NCBI GenBank assembly: GCA_964016885.1
Contig: OZ024740.1
Span: 301,382,001 to 301,446,000, forward strand
DNA: 64,000 bases
Origin: Eledone cirrhosa
Taxonomy: Eukaryota
Direction: 5' to 3'
Part shown: piece by piece, positions 24,431-38,324 of the stretch
Position numbering within the stretch: position 1 is the stretch's first letter
Layout: every line of letters begins with the position of its first letter
The notes under the pieces: generated by a model
What the model was told of the DNA's origin: nothing
Databases searched by the model: none
The model's input: the letters and a program-made list of their open reading frames with translations, nothing else
Program-made: the position numbers and the translations under genes

Positions 24431-25198
24431 GGGCCCATTTTATTTTATTTTTTTTTTTGAAATTCTTAGAGCGATGGGTTCTACTACTGTTATTATATAC
24501 TATGCTACCAACGCCCTACTAGTAGATATGTGCTATATTGTTGCTACATGGTTTGCTGGAAACAATGACCCTTCCATCTGTGGTATTTCTGTTTGAGTCA
24601 TAGATGGTGGTTGATAGGTGTAGAGTTTGTAAACGTTTGGAGTAGTGAACGTTGACGATATCCTTATTTCTATTCATAAGCATAGGTTCTATTTCACCAG
24701 CAAGAGGTTTTTTTATGTGCTTTGTGTTTTGTTTCATGCTTATCTAGTGCGTTTATATAGTAATTTGCCTTGCTTTCGAAAATGAAATGCTTTGCCGACA
24801 ACATAGACATTTTCCTAGATACTCTGTCAACTATAGCCTCAATTCATGCCCTAGCTAACTTACATAAGTTCGTCAATTAATTAATGGTAGGCGGAGAAAA
24901 TGACACGGCTGAGGTTTAAGATCCTATCAGGGATATATAGTATTTTTTTTTAAATTTACTATTTCTAATATTATTCCGAAATATGTGAAGAATTTGATAT
25001 TCATTTTCTTTTTCTTATCTAGGGTGATATAGTAGTGTTTAATGAGAGTACACACTTCTAGCCATTTCCAGAATATGCACTTAATTTGGAGGAGGATATA
25101 TAAGCTAAATATGTCTGTAAGATTGGCTAGGATAATAGAAACTATGATGATATAATGAAATGACTGATTTTGAGTACGGGACACCGCTGCTCTTAAGC

Positions 25199-25230
<32 letters not shown>

Positions 25231-25233
<3 letters not shown>

Positions 25234-25407
25234 ACATTTTTCCGATTCCACTCCACCCTTTCCTTCAATCTATCATATTTCTAATTCTTATTCTGATGAA
25301 GAACAAGCGTCCGGAACGTTACGTCCCTCTTCCTGCTATTTCAACCATTAACATGTTATATTTCTTCAATCTACTGTACCGATTGTGTTGTTACTTTTGT
25401 TACCATT

Positions 25408-25410
<3 letters not shown>
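25231..25410 (+). mobile_element. Solo 3' pLTR fragment of the 5390-7500 Neptune-like family, decayed hammerhead
   Basis: ctgatgaagaacaagcgtccggaacg (GAAA box mutated) and tactgtaccgattgtgttgtta shared with 7459-7480. Confidence 0.65.
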
Positions 25411-25447
<37 letters not shown>

Positions 25448-25566
25448 TATACACACACATATAAATTATGGCCTGGTATAGCGCAACGTCCTGTATTTGC
25501 AATATTCTTATTGAACTTCTGCGTCGAATGTATATACGTATATATGTATAAATATTTTTATCTCTT

Positions 25567-25610
<44 letters not shown>

Positions 25611-25611
<1 letters not shown>

Positions 25612-27108
25612 TAGCAGTGGTACCCGGCGTTGCACGGGATAAGGTATTTTGGAACGCGGGCCGTGAACAGACCTAATCGTGGAAAAACGGCATGCCTCGA
25701 CAATATGTAAAGAAAATAAACCGAATACTCTGATAGCTGGATAATCTTTAATATTTTGCTCGTGAAGATTGAAAAAATGCAGGTTTTCACGGAACGTGGG
25801 ACCTAGGGCATCAAGAAAATTATGTTTTTGTTATGTGCATAATATGGCTTGCAATTTCAGGAAAATCGGCTAGACGTAACGCCTAAAATAAGCCCTAAAA
25901 AGCTGAAAACATGAATGTTTTTACCTAATGCGGACCCTAGGCCATAAGAAGTTTGGATTTTCTTTGCTCACGGTATGAAGAATAGAGTGACTAATACATC
26001 GTTACAATTTCAAGGAAATGGATCTGAGGTAACGCGTCAAAACAGCCCTTAAAACTGAAAAACGCAGTTTTTCATCTGTGCTCTAGGGGATCAACAAGTT
26101 GAATTTTTTATGTGCATAACACTCCCTGAAACATAACGCCGGCCGCCAACAGACCTAATCGTGGAAACACTGCATTCCTGGACAATATGTAAAGAAAATA
26201 AACCGAATACTCTCATGCAATTATTATTAGGTATGCTTCTCCTTCCACGTGGAGAAAATTGGCTTGGTGCTTTTGTACTTTAATAAAGTGGCATGAGTCA
26301 GCAGGACAGATGTCACCACTTATGTTAGAGAGAAGTCTGCAATGCTTGAGCAAGGCATGACGGGCAATCGGACAACATGTGGAGCCTTCTCGATGGAGTC
26401 CACCGCACCTTATTAAGTAAACGCAACTGGACAAATGTTTACCAAAGTGTACGTATAATTTAACAAATTTAAAGAGACGTGTGCGTGTTCACTGGCAGCC
26501 CTGAACGAAAGGGTCGCCATCAGCTATTTCAAGGGCCCTTAAAAGGGCCGTGTAAGCCGCTCACTGACACAACAATTTCAAGTGGTGGCCCTAAAAAGGG
26601 CCATGTGAGCGTTCACTTGTAGCCGTTAATAGTGATTTTGACTGCGTTCTCTAACATTTGGAGGGTGTTACGGTTGCTTCCACTGGTACCCTTTAGAATG
26701 AATCAGAATGCATTTGCGGTCCGTTTAACAGCCATACATTGACGCGCCGAGTGCGATGCAGACAACCAAACGTACAGACATATATTATAAGGGCATGTTC
26801 TAGACGAAGAGGGAATTGTGGGAAGTGACGTAATGCATACAGCCAGACATACAGACAGATATTATAACGGCGCGATGTTATATGTATGTAAAAAGAGAAA
26901 GACTGAGAATTATAGAGAGAGATCGCTAAATCGGCTGATGCGGTCCCTAGGCCATTGCAAATTTGAAATTTATTTCGCTCAGAACTTTCCCTGAAACAAA
27001 AGTATTACATGTGTAAAGTTTGAAAACAGCCCGTTGAGTGCTTCTCTAGTTTCAGGGATTCAAACTCACACACACACAGACAGACATATGTGTTATATAT
27101 ATATATAA
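25611..27108 (-). mobile_element. Non-autonomous Helitron-like element
   Basis: Minus-strand 3' end CCCGTGCAACGCCGGG hairpin, short spacer, then CTAG|T; 5' end with tatata...gtctgtctgtgtg; internal repeats (25666-25731 and 26148-26213; recurrent ccctagg blocks). Confidence 0.75.
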
Positions 27109-27455
27109 ATAATTGCCTTAACACACAATCCTAACTAATATATTGCACATACAGGGCGTTGTCATTTACATAAATCACTTTCTTGGGAAGTGAACGTCTT
27201 AACCACGCAGCAATCATTATGCATGAATTTAAGCAATCAAACCTTTTAGAAGTTTATTGTGACACAAGATAATAGCTGCAGCGTTTGGGGTGATATATAA
27301 GGCTACGTATTTCTATTTGATTTCATTACATTTATTTTCAAATCTCTGTGTTGCGTGCAGGCTATTATTAATATATATTTGATTAGGCTTTAAATTTCAC
27401 TACATATAATCATATATCCGGCAGCTAAAATAGAGAGAGAGCAGGGTGTGAGAGT

Positions 27456-27555
27456 GAGTTAACTTTGCCTTTCAACCTTACGGGCTCGATCAAATGAAGT
27501 TCCTGTAATGCACTGGGATAATTGCTGGCCTTGTGCCAAACTTAGAAACAATTAT
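27456..27555 (+). mobile_element. Nin-domain SINE 3' half
   Basis: gttaactttgcctttcaaccttacgggctcgat...ctgggataattgctggccttgtgccaaa...gaaacaattat. Confidence 0.75.
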
Positions 27556-27570
27556 TATAATCTCGCGCCT

Positions 27571-27737
27571 GCTACTACTTCTCATTTCTCGTCTACTTCA
27601 CGGCCACACATTCCTGATAGGGTCGTCGGGGCAGAGTCTTCAAACGCTCCTTCCAGAGGATCCCGTCAGAAGTAATATTCTGCAACTGATCAGGCTCAGT
27701 CCCTAAACCAGCCAAGCTATTGCATGTTAGCCATCCA
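27571..27737 (-). mobile_element. RTE-type LINE 3' end fragment
   Basis: Minus translation GLGTEPDQLQNITSDGILWKERLKTLPRRP resembles an RTE C-terminus; similar to the 30050-30180 fragment. Confidence 0.55.
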
Positions 27738-28064
27738 TATTACTGAAAAGTTTATTTAGATATTTTTCCAAATGTTTCGTAAAGATTTTCATAAAGATTT
27801 TAGTAAATATTGAAAAAGAGAGAGAAATAATTCAACCTTATCTTACATGTTTTCGCCTCTTGTATATGAAGAATTAACATATTAAAATTTCTTAAATAAT
27901 GACAAAAGGAAATGAACGCATTCATAATGACATTAAGATTAAACGAGTGTTAACGTTTGAATAAGAAATGGTAATTTATAATCTTAATAGCGGATACAGG
28001 AAATGTGATACATATGTATCTTCATTGAGATTAACTTACATGGTGTGACCTCATCTCCCTCACA

Positions 28065-28099
<35 letters not shown>

Positions 28100-29097
28100 G
28101 TGTGTGTGTAAGTATATATATATACATATATATATATACCACCCTTTAATTTTCAGAGATAGATAGACACACGTAAAATACAGGTCAATATATGCCCTTC
28201 ACGGTAATATATTTATATGTGTGTGTGTGCGCGTGAAAGTGTATACGTGTGTGGTGTGTGCATGCTTATGCATAAATATATATAAATACGTATAAATACC
28301 TTTGCACATGTCGATATGCGTGCGTGTTCTGCGTTTCCGTTATAAACACACGGATATGTCACTTCAGATGTGTTCACAGAATTGTCGGTTTTGGCATATA
28401 TCTCAATAGTTGAAGCTTTGATGTTAAAACATCGGCATCAATATTGGCGTCTACGCTCTAGTAGCTACAAACAAAGAACGTATTCTTAAGTGAAAGATAT
28501 TGATGTAAATAGTGAAGTGAAAATTGCTTATTGCTAATCATTCAAGATGTGAAGTCTTATATGGTGATGTTAATAAGTTATATTAACGTAACTTTAAAAC
28601 TTTGCAAATATTGTTCACCAAGGATTAGATTGCTCGAAGAAAAACTGAATTATATTCGTCTGAAAATTTCAAATGCGGCATTATTTTAAGGGAGGGAAAT
28701 GAAGCCTGTATGCCAGTTTCTTATTAACACGTCAAAAATTGTTAGAACTCCGCATATGGGACACAATGCAGCGGCAGCGTTATTAAATTATAAATATATC
28801 AAGCATAATATAAAAAAAATAAGCGCAGGGAAAGATAGAATACCTTGCAACTCGACCGAAATGTTATCATGGTCACCAATCCATGATACGGAAAATGTGA
28901 GCGGTACAATCGAGGAGAGTACATTTGGATCAGTGAAGACAATGAGGCAAAATAATACTGCAAGAAATTTGTTCTACTCAGTAACTAGACTGAAAAGTTA
29001 ATGTATATCCAGATTTCTCTCCCATAATGCTGTTGAGCTTTCATCAATACTTGTGTTAGTATTAAAAACGCATCCTGAAACGAATGAAATATCTTTC

Positions 29098-29275
<178 letters not shown>

Positions 29276-29404
29276 TACACACACACATATATATATATAT
29301 TTATATATATATATATACAGAGAGAGACAGAGATAGAAAGAGAGACTCTGCGACGCAGTAAACGACTAGATAACACATCGTGGGAGTACTCAATTCATAT
29401 GTTA

Positions 29405-29599
29405 ATAATTGTTTCTACTTTTGGCACAAGGCCAGCAATTATCCCAGTGTATTACTGGTGCTTTATTTCATCGACTCCGTAAAGATAAACGGCAAAGTTA
29501 ACATCGGCGCTATTTGAACTCAGACCATAAAGGGACGTATCTCTTTGCTGCGAAGCATGGCGTCCGACCCTTTACTAATACTGCCAATCCAGCGCCCTT
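29405..29599 (-). mobile_element. Nin-domain SINE, full length
   Basis: Reverse complement matches the 41767-41957 copy end to end. Confidence 0.85.
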
Positions 29600-29759
29600 C
29601 ATATGTTAATATTACCCACAGATTACTATCATAATCAAAGTGGATGTCTCGATTCGGTTGCTGTAAATGCTGTGTTTGTAGGCGATAAGGTATATCATAA
29701 ATTAATTAGTATATTTAGTTGTATATCTCTACATACATTATATTGCTAAATCCCAGGTA

Positions 29760-30180
29760 GAAGCCAAATCAACTCCAGCAGAGTAAACTCGTTTGTAGTA
29801 CAAAAGATGTCTGGCTTTGGTTGATATATGAATTCCTCTACACGATCTCTGGATTAAGGATACGCGATATAGGGCCTATTTTGGAGATCACCAACTTGCT
29901 CCAGCTAGAGCCACTACCCCTCCGATTTATTGAGAGGTAGCATCTCCGATACTATAGGCATGTGATAAGAATAAGTTAGGAAATTATGACTGGAATGATA
30001 TTACGGCCACTGACCCAGGGATAGAACCCGCGCAATATCGTTGGCTAACATCCAGGAGCTTGACTGGTCCCGATTTGGGATCAAGCCGGTTAATTTATAG
30101 ACTGTTGCTTCTGACAGGACACGCTTGTTGAAGATTATGCCCGACGACCATCTCAAGAATATGTGGGCGAAGAAGAAGAA
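29760..30180 (+). mobile_element. RTE-type LINE 3' fragment
   Basis: Degenerate IERxHLRYYRHVIR...IQELDWSRFGIKP...; ends in gaagaagaagaa. Confidence 0.6.
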
Positions 30181-32986
30181 AACGAAAAATATTTATTGAA
30201 AATTGCGGCAAAAGTTTTAATGAATTTTGTGAGAGATTTCATGAAATCTCTCACAAAATTCATTAAAACTTTTCATGAAAGACATTTGACGAAATATTCA
30301 GAGAAATATTTGAAACATCTTTGAGGAAAGTTATAGATTATTCCAGAGAATTTTGGGAGAATTCTTTGACGGAATCTTTTACAAGGTTTTGGAAGGAGTT
30401 TGAGAACATGTGTTGGTAATTGCTTTTGAACATTTTGGGAACATTTTAGGAAATCTCTTAGAGAAACTTTACGGAATGTTTTACTGAAATTTTCGACACA
30501 TCTTGTGGAAATCTTCTAAATGAAATTTTGCATAAAACATATATTTTAGCAATCCTCAGGGAAATTTTGCTGCTAATATAATTATAAACAACCGATTAAT
30601 AAACAGCATGATTAATAAATCTGTTTCCTTCTTTTTTTCAATATATACAAAATTCTTACCGAAATATTTGCAAAAATATCTAAAAGAATTATGCAGTAAT
30701 TTTGGGAAAATATTTTGTTGAAATGTTTAATGAAAATTGGGGAAAATTTATGATGAGTGTTTCTGGAAAATGTTATCATAAAATATACTTAATGTATTTT
30801 GTAATTGATTTATGGAAAATACGTGCTGAATTACAGAGACAAATATTTAAAAAAATGTTGATGAAACTTTAATAATAAATTTAGATATTTTGAGCTCGTC
30901 ATAATAATAACAGCCCACAAAGAAAAGCATGATTAATTGAACTTGTTCGGTCTCTTTTTAAATATTTACGGAAATATTTAAAAAACAATTTGGCAAAAAA
31001 TGTAGAAATTGATTGCAGTTATTTTGGGAGAAAATGCTGGTTGAAATTTTCAATGTAACTAGTGGTAAAATTTATAATAAAATATCGTAATAATTTAAAT
31101 GGAAATTATTTCTTTCTGTTTTTCATTATTCACGATAATATTTACAAAAACGTATACGAAACGATCGGAAAAATATCTAGAAAAAACTTTGCAGTAATTT
31201 CGGGAAGAAGACTCCTTTGAAATGTTCAAAGAAATTTTGGTGAAAATTTCGGGAGTGTTTTGAAAATATTTTGAGCAATGCTTAATGAATTTTAGAATTG
31301 AAGAAATATTAATGAACATTTTGGAGATTTGGTGTGAAACGTTAGAATTAATATTTTGAAAGGTTGAATGGAATTTTAACGTACTATTTTGGAGAAAGTG
31401 TTAGGAAATCATTTTAGAAATTTTAAAAGAAATGTTAGATAGTCGTACTAATTTACATATTAAACCCCGACAAAAACATGATTAATTAAATCTCTTTCTG
31501 TCTCTATTTACGAAATTATTTACGAAACATTTAAAAAAATATTTTTAAAAATTGTTGCAATAATTTTAGGAAAAAAGTTTGCTGAAATCAACAGTGAAAT
31601 TTTCGGGAAAATGTTTCTTAAAATATTTGGTGGTATGAAACTTTTAATTAATTTTTAAAGAAATTTTATGGAAAACATTTTTTAAGTATCTTTGATGAAA
31701 CTTAAATGAACATATTAGAGAATTTAGGTGTAGGTATTGATGGAATTATTTGGAAAATTTAATTGATATTTTGGCGGACATTTAAGGAAATCTTTTAAAA
31801 AATTTAAGAGAATATTTGGAGCTATTCGTACTAATTTGAGTATAAGTACCCGATAAAAACATGAATTATTAAATTTATTTGTTTCTTTTTTTAAATATTT
31901 ATGATAATCTATACGAATAACTTTCTTAAAAATTTAGGAAAATATCTTACACAACTTTGAGGTAATTTTTGTAAAAATGTTTTTTTAAAAAAGATCAATG
32001 ATAGTTTTAGGAAATTTCATGATGAATTTTTTATGAAATTGTTTCATTAAGTAATTCGGGGGAATGTTTAATGAATGTGAGATAAATATTCTATTGAATT
32101 GTTAAAGAGAATTTATGGAAAGTATTTGATGAAATATTGAGAGAAACATTAAAAAAAAAACTATGACGAAACTTTAATAAAAAAACATTTGAAGAATATA
32201 CAAGGAATATTTTTAGAGATTAAAAAAAAGAGTTAAATGAAATGTTTTGTTTGCATATTTAGAAAGTTTTAAGAAGATGTCACTGAAAATTTAGGGCTCG
32301 TCGCACTAATGAAAATATAAACACACGAACAAATATTATTAGTTAAAGTTTTTTCTCTCATATTTTTAATATTTACTGAAATACTAACGAAACATTTGTA
32401 AAAAAAAAAAATAATACAATCTTTGTAGGAAAACTGTTTGTTGAAACTTTCAATGAAAATATGGAAAATACATGAGAATTGTTTGGAAAATCTGATAGGA
32501 AATATTTCTACTAATTTTAAGGATAAATATTACTTAAAATCTGGTGCTAAAAACATGATTAATTAAAGTTATTTCCATCATTTTCAATATTTCCGAGAAT
32601 ATTACCGAACATCTGTACGAAATATTTGAAAAATATCTAAAAGGATTTTGTATTAATTTTGGGAAATTTTTGCGAGGAAATTTTCAATGAAAATTTGGAG
32701 AACATTCTTGAAAATTTCTGGAAATTTTTAATAAAATATTTTGGGAAATGTTTAATGAATTAGAGGTAATACTTCTAATGAATATATTAAGAAAATTTAT
32801 GGAAAATATTTGATGAATTGAGAGAAAATTTCAAAGAAGCATTGGATGAAACCTTGATAAAATTATTGGTGAAATTTGGCTGAACTGTTTGATGAAATTC
32901 TTTGCAAAATTAAATTGAATTTGGTCGTAAAATCTGAGGGGAAGTGTTAGGAAATATTTCTAGAAATATTTATAGAATCTTTACTG
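30181..32986. repeat. Degenerate AT-rich satellite-like array
   Basis: Recurrent aaaacatgattaattaaa...aatatttacgaaa block near 30602, 30923, 31473, 31856, 32331 and 32550, with irregular spacing and dense gaaa/ttt tracts. Confidence 0.7.
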
Positions 32987-33651
32987 AAAATTGATTTTGC
33001 GCCAAATGTAGGTTTGTCTCGGCTGATTAGGAAGTCACTGAAAAATAAGTCTTTCAAGACAAATATGTGTGTGTGTGTAGTAGTAGTAGTAAAGAGGTTC
33101 GTTGTTGTGATAATTGTCAGCAGGGATGTGTGTGCGAACCGCAGCCTGTTGACAGTTCAAATGCCTATTAAGACATGTGTGTGTGTGTGTGTAGCAGAGT
33201 AATTCGTGGTAGAGGGATGGTCAGTAAGAATGTGTCTGTACATGGGTGGGGGATATTTTAACATGGTAATATATATTTTTCAGCTCTTGTCTTATCAATT
33301 TTTAACATTCACATCACCTCTAACGACCTATCAAAATTGTTTTGACCACAATAATTCTTTCATACATCTGGAGCCACTTTTGTTTACATAAAACAGGTAG
33401 AATTTCCAAAACTAATCAGATTAGAGCAAACATTACGGGAGCTCTATCTCAAAATTATGCGCAACCGGTAAAACTTAAACAAAAACTGAATACTAACCAA
33501 TATTATTACTAATTTTTACTTATTTCTAATTAAACTATTTTCCACTGGGAACAATTTGTCAGCATTTTCTTTTCCTTTTACCAATATATCATAACTAATG
33601 TGTTACACCTCTATTCTTTTAAATATCATATCCTCACACGAGATACAGAAC

Positions 33652-36600
33652 ATGCCAACAAAAACAGATACAACTCTTATCAACACAAATGAAGAGATTC
33701 TACAGGAACTCAAGTAAATTAACACCAACCTATCTGTGCTGGCCGACAAACTTGACTCCACAAATGAGGAAACCGCCACCGGATACAAACCCTCCGAAAT
33801 CGGCGATAAACTTCAAAACCTTTGCGATACTATCCAAACTATGTTCACTACTACCAACCCAGGACAAACCAACGAATAACCATGTGAGATTGATTCATAC
33901 AAAATAAAAATTCGAACAATTTCAAAATGGAACAAAACCCTCAGAGACAGAAAGTTCTCATTCTAGAAGATGATACAAAATCACAACAAAGCGGAGATAT
34001 ATGAAAAATTGGCTTAACTCAACCCCTCTAACTCTCCTCCGTAAAATACAAATAAAGTCCATTCCAAATGAACCCGAACCTCAAAGACACCTTAGGGAAA
34101 GAATGGCATTGGAAAAAATGAAGACAGAAATTGAACTGCTTAAATTGATGCCCGGACATATGAAGAAAACATCAAAACCATCGATGAAGGGATCCTCCTG
34201 GAAATCAACAATAAAACTGAAGGCCCCAAGGTAGAGAAGATCTCTAAATTATGGAAAGGGGATGGCAACAGAGAAGAACTGAAATCCCTTCAACGCTGGG
34301 AAAAAAGTGCCGCTTGGTTCCTAAACTTTGAATCGACTATTCAATCGGATTACACCTCCAATAACCTGTTCATAAAAATAGAAAAACCCATAACCGAACC
34401 GCACAACTTCACAAACCCCCCCAGCCACTAACACAAGAAAAAGGAAGCACCACACCGAAGATGAACTTCCCAACCTCGCTTCCATAAAAAGGAACAAACA
34501 CCCTAGAAATCATCACCCCCATAATGACATTTACAACTTCCCCCTTCAAGGAGACACCATACCAAATCACTCAACTACTACGCGGATGCCTCATCGTCAA
34601 ACATAGGGAAAATATACAACCACCATGATAGATGTAACAACTTCCCCGCTACAAGGGGACAGCAAGGTCATTTCCATTTTCTCAACTCTCGCTTCCACAC
34701 TACAAAACAACCCACACCATATGATACAACAAACAACGTAGGCCACCTATAACACCACAATCCAACATGGCACATAGAAACACACATCCATACTCGCAAT
34801 ACAGGAACACCCCATTCAATCCACAACCACGAACCCGAACCACATTTTACAACAACAAGGAATATAACAAACACAGGAGACCACTTAACATCAGCAGACA
34901 ACCCCCTCTACCCCAACCATTTTTTACACACAGCACACAGATACAGGCAAACAAAATAACACAAGACAGGGAGGAGAAACCGAGAGTAATACACATTATC
35001 AATCTAACTAGTGCAGAACCAACTCCCAACCTTATCAACTTACTCTCCAAAGGTCTTAAATTCACACCGAGCACCCTACGTCCTAACTACTATGAAATGA
35101 ATGAAGACATCACAGACTTCTGTAGAAAGTTACAACTCAGTGAAGAACTATTCAACCAGTACAATGAGGATGAATAATTAGCCAGAAATAGAAGCAACTA
35201 CACCCCACCAAAAGGTAGAAATAAAATCCTAGACGAATTCTGTGAACACATCACAAACTTCCCTTACCAACACTTGCACAGACAAAAACACAAGCAAAAT
35301 CTTAACAAGAAAGAATGGGAAGAATTAAATAGATTAAAAACTGACAGAACTATTACAATTAAAGAGGCTGATAAAGGGAGTACAGTAGTCCTAATGGAGA
35401 CAGAATTCTATATCAACTTAGCGGTCTCCACTTTGGAAAACGAAACATACTACGAAAAGGCTGAACACTACAATCAACAGAAAATTATGAGAAACCTAAA
35501 AACTCTGATCAACCAATACAAAGAAGGACTCACTAACAAGGAATTCAGCTTCATCACAGACTTCACAAGTAAATCCAGCCTTTTCTACGGTATCCCTAAA
35601 GTACATAAAAGCGAATTAATAAGTAAGGCATGCAAGGAAGCCACAGACATAGTCATCAATGTCCCCTCACCCGATGATCTCAAATTAAGACCTATAATAG
35701 CAGGCCCCGCTTGCGAAACCCACCGCCTTAGCAACTTCATTGATACCCTTCTCAAGCCTTTTCTCAAACACATCAAAAGCTATATAAGGGACGACCTAGA
35801 TGTGCTCAATCACCTCCCTAATATACCCCTTTCTGAACAAACCCTACTAGTGACGTTCGATGTAGTCAACCTATACTCCAACATCCCCCACAATCTAGGA
35901 ATAGAAGCTATCCAATTCTGGCTGGATAATTACCACAATGAACTCCCATAACGTATCAAAAAAGAATTCGTGATAGAGGGACTAAAATTTATCTTTGAGA
36001 ACAATTACTTCGTTTTCAATAACACACTACAAGCAGAAATCTGGGACCGCTATGGGAACGAAAACAGCCCCCACTTATGCCAACCTAGTCATGGGATACC
36101 AGGAAATCACCCTCTACACTAAAGTACTAAACACATTTGGAAACACTCTCCACATACACATATAAATGAACTGGACGCGATTTGTAGATGACTGCTTCAT
36201 CCTTTGGCACGAAAACATCGAGAAACTTAAATAATTTCACACCCTTATAAATGGGCTCAACACGAATATTAACTTCACGATGGAATACAGCCATCAACAA
36301 CTCCCCTTCCTCATTAAGATCCATAACAAAAAAAAATAGAAACAGACATATACTACAAGCCCACAGACTCCCAGCAATATTTTCTTTTCAACATTTGCCA
36401 CCCTAGACACGTTAAAATTAATATTCACTACAACTTAGCCAAGAGAATCTGTACTATAGTCTCCAATAAAAACACCTGCTACATATGGCTACAAGAACTA
36501 AAGGACACACTCATAAGCAGGGACTACCCTGCATCACTAATTGACAATGGAATCCAACGTGCCCTAAAACTCAGCACCCAGCACCTTAGACACCCTAAAG

Positions 36601-37220
36601 TAAATCAACCGAAACTAAAAGCTCTTCCATACATCTCAACAATGAGGCCTTTGACACCATCCTCCAGAACATCCCTGTGTTGAAAAAGGACCATAGAATG
36701 AACCAAATCCTACGAACACATGATATTATAAAGAGCAAAAGACAATCTAAGTCAATGAAAAATATCCTAACACATGCCAAAGTACTGCCAACCACAACAA
36801 CGAAACCCACAGTAAAAAAAATGCGATAGACCCAACTATGGCATATGCATCAACCTAATAGAGGGTTCGGAATTCTATTTCAAAGAAGGACAACGTGTTA
36901 TAGTAAAACACAATTTCACATGCGCATCAGAAAATCTAATATATATATTAACTTGCTCAGGTTGTCGAGAACAATACATAGGCCAGACCAAAAATAGCCT
37001 CCGCCAACGCATGACTGTCCATAGATCACAAATTAAAATACAGGAATACAGGAAAATACCACTGAGTGAACACATTGATACCTATGCCGCCCAAAATCAT
37101 TCCAAGATCAGAATCTTTCCCCTCTACAAATTTAAAGATAATGCCACCCACACACAGCGCATCAGCAAGGAATCTCACTTTATTAACAAATACGGACCCC
37201 GTCTAAACACTTATTCCTAA
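33652..37220 (+). pseudogene. Disrupted PLE RT + GIY-YIG ORF
   Basis: LLSKGLKFTP, IKEADKG, FYGIPKVHK, LRPII, TFDVVNLYSNIP, GTAMGTKTAPTYANL, RFVDD, YYKPTDSQ, FTCASENLIYILTCSGCREQYIGQT...HRSQI; several stops and frameshifts. Confidence 0.9.
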
Positions 37221-37875
37221 GACGAACCCAAAACATACACACGTCAACATACATACCTACATCAGCATACATCTCTATCCACTTTTAAACACAATGACAT
37301 ACGTAAACACACATGTTCTATGGTGCAACACAAATATACACAAATTTGCATACCTTTTCATGTCTATAGATACAAACGTGCCGACACACACACATACATA
37401 TACGCACACATGCATTGCACACTGATGGGCACTTACAAATTTGTACACAAGTATTCCAATACGGCAAGGTCTAATGGATTCCCCTTGCAGTACGTACAAC
37501 CTGGACACTCACACACACCTTGGTATTATGCCAATACTATATATCAATTCACACCTTTTATTATTAAGGTTTTTGATGTTCTATTGAGAGAATCGTTTTT
37601 ACTGAAAATATCGAATAATGTACACCATTTTTACCAGTATCACAAAAATACTGATCCACCCACACACGCACACACATTCACACACACACACAGACACACA
37701 TATATACACACACACACACGTGTACATTAACATACAAAGAGATATTTACACACACACACACACACCTTTCTCCGTATCAGACAAGAGCTGAAACATATCT
37801 TTTAACATATTAAATATCCCCCACACACGGACAGACACATTGCTACTGACATTCCCTCTACCACGAATTACTCTG

Positions 37876-37918
<43 letters not shown>

Positions 37919-38288
37919 CACACGCACACACACACACACACGTGTCTTAATAGGCATTTGAACTGTCAACAGGCTGCGGTTCGCACACACATCCCTGCTG
38001 ACCATTATCACAACAACGAACCTCTTTACTACTACTACACACAAACACACACACACAGTTGTCTTGAAAGACTTATTTTTCAGTGACTTCTCAATCAGCC
38101 GAGACAAACATACATTTGGGGCAAAATCAATTTTTAACATTCACATGACCTCTACCGACCAATAAAAATTGTTTTGACAACAATCATTTTTTCATACATC
38201 TGGAGCCACTTTTTTTACATAAAACAGGTAGAATTTCCAAAACTAATCAGATTAGAGCAAACATCACGGGCGCTCTATCTCAAAATTA

Positions 38289-38324
38289 TTTTTGAAAAGC
38301 ATTATAAATGCGCAACCGGTAAAA
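38289..38324 (+). ncRNA. Hammerhead-like motif with U3-A8 core in Neptune-like 3' pLTR
   Basis: TTT-TTGAAAA-GCATT-ATA-AATGC-GCAA-CCGG-TA-AAA; A13 changed to C (probably inactive); the core is deleted in the 5' pLTR copy near 33455. Confidence 0.5.

Noticed and set aside
24500-24830. GIY-YIG-like remnant on minus strand
   Set aside because: Too degenerate to support a call.
30181-32986. CRISPR-like array
   Set aside because: Eukaryotic context, degenerate repeats, irregular long spacing with self-similar spacers and no cas genes.
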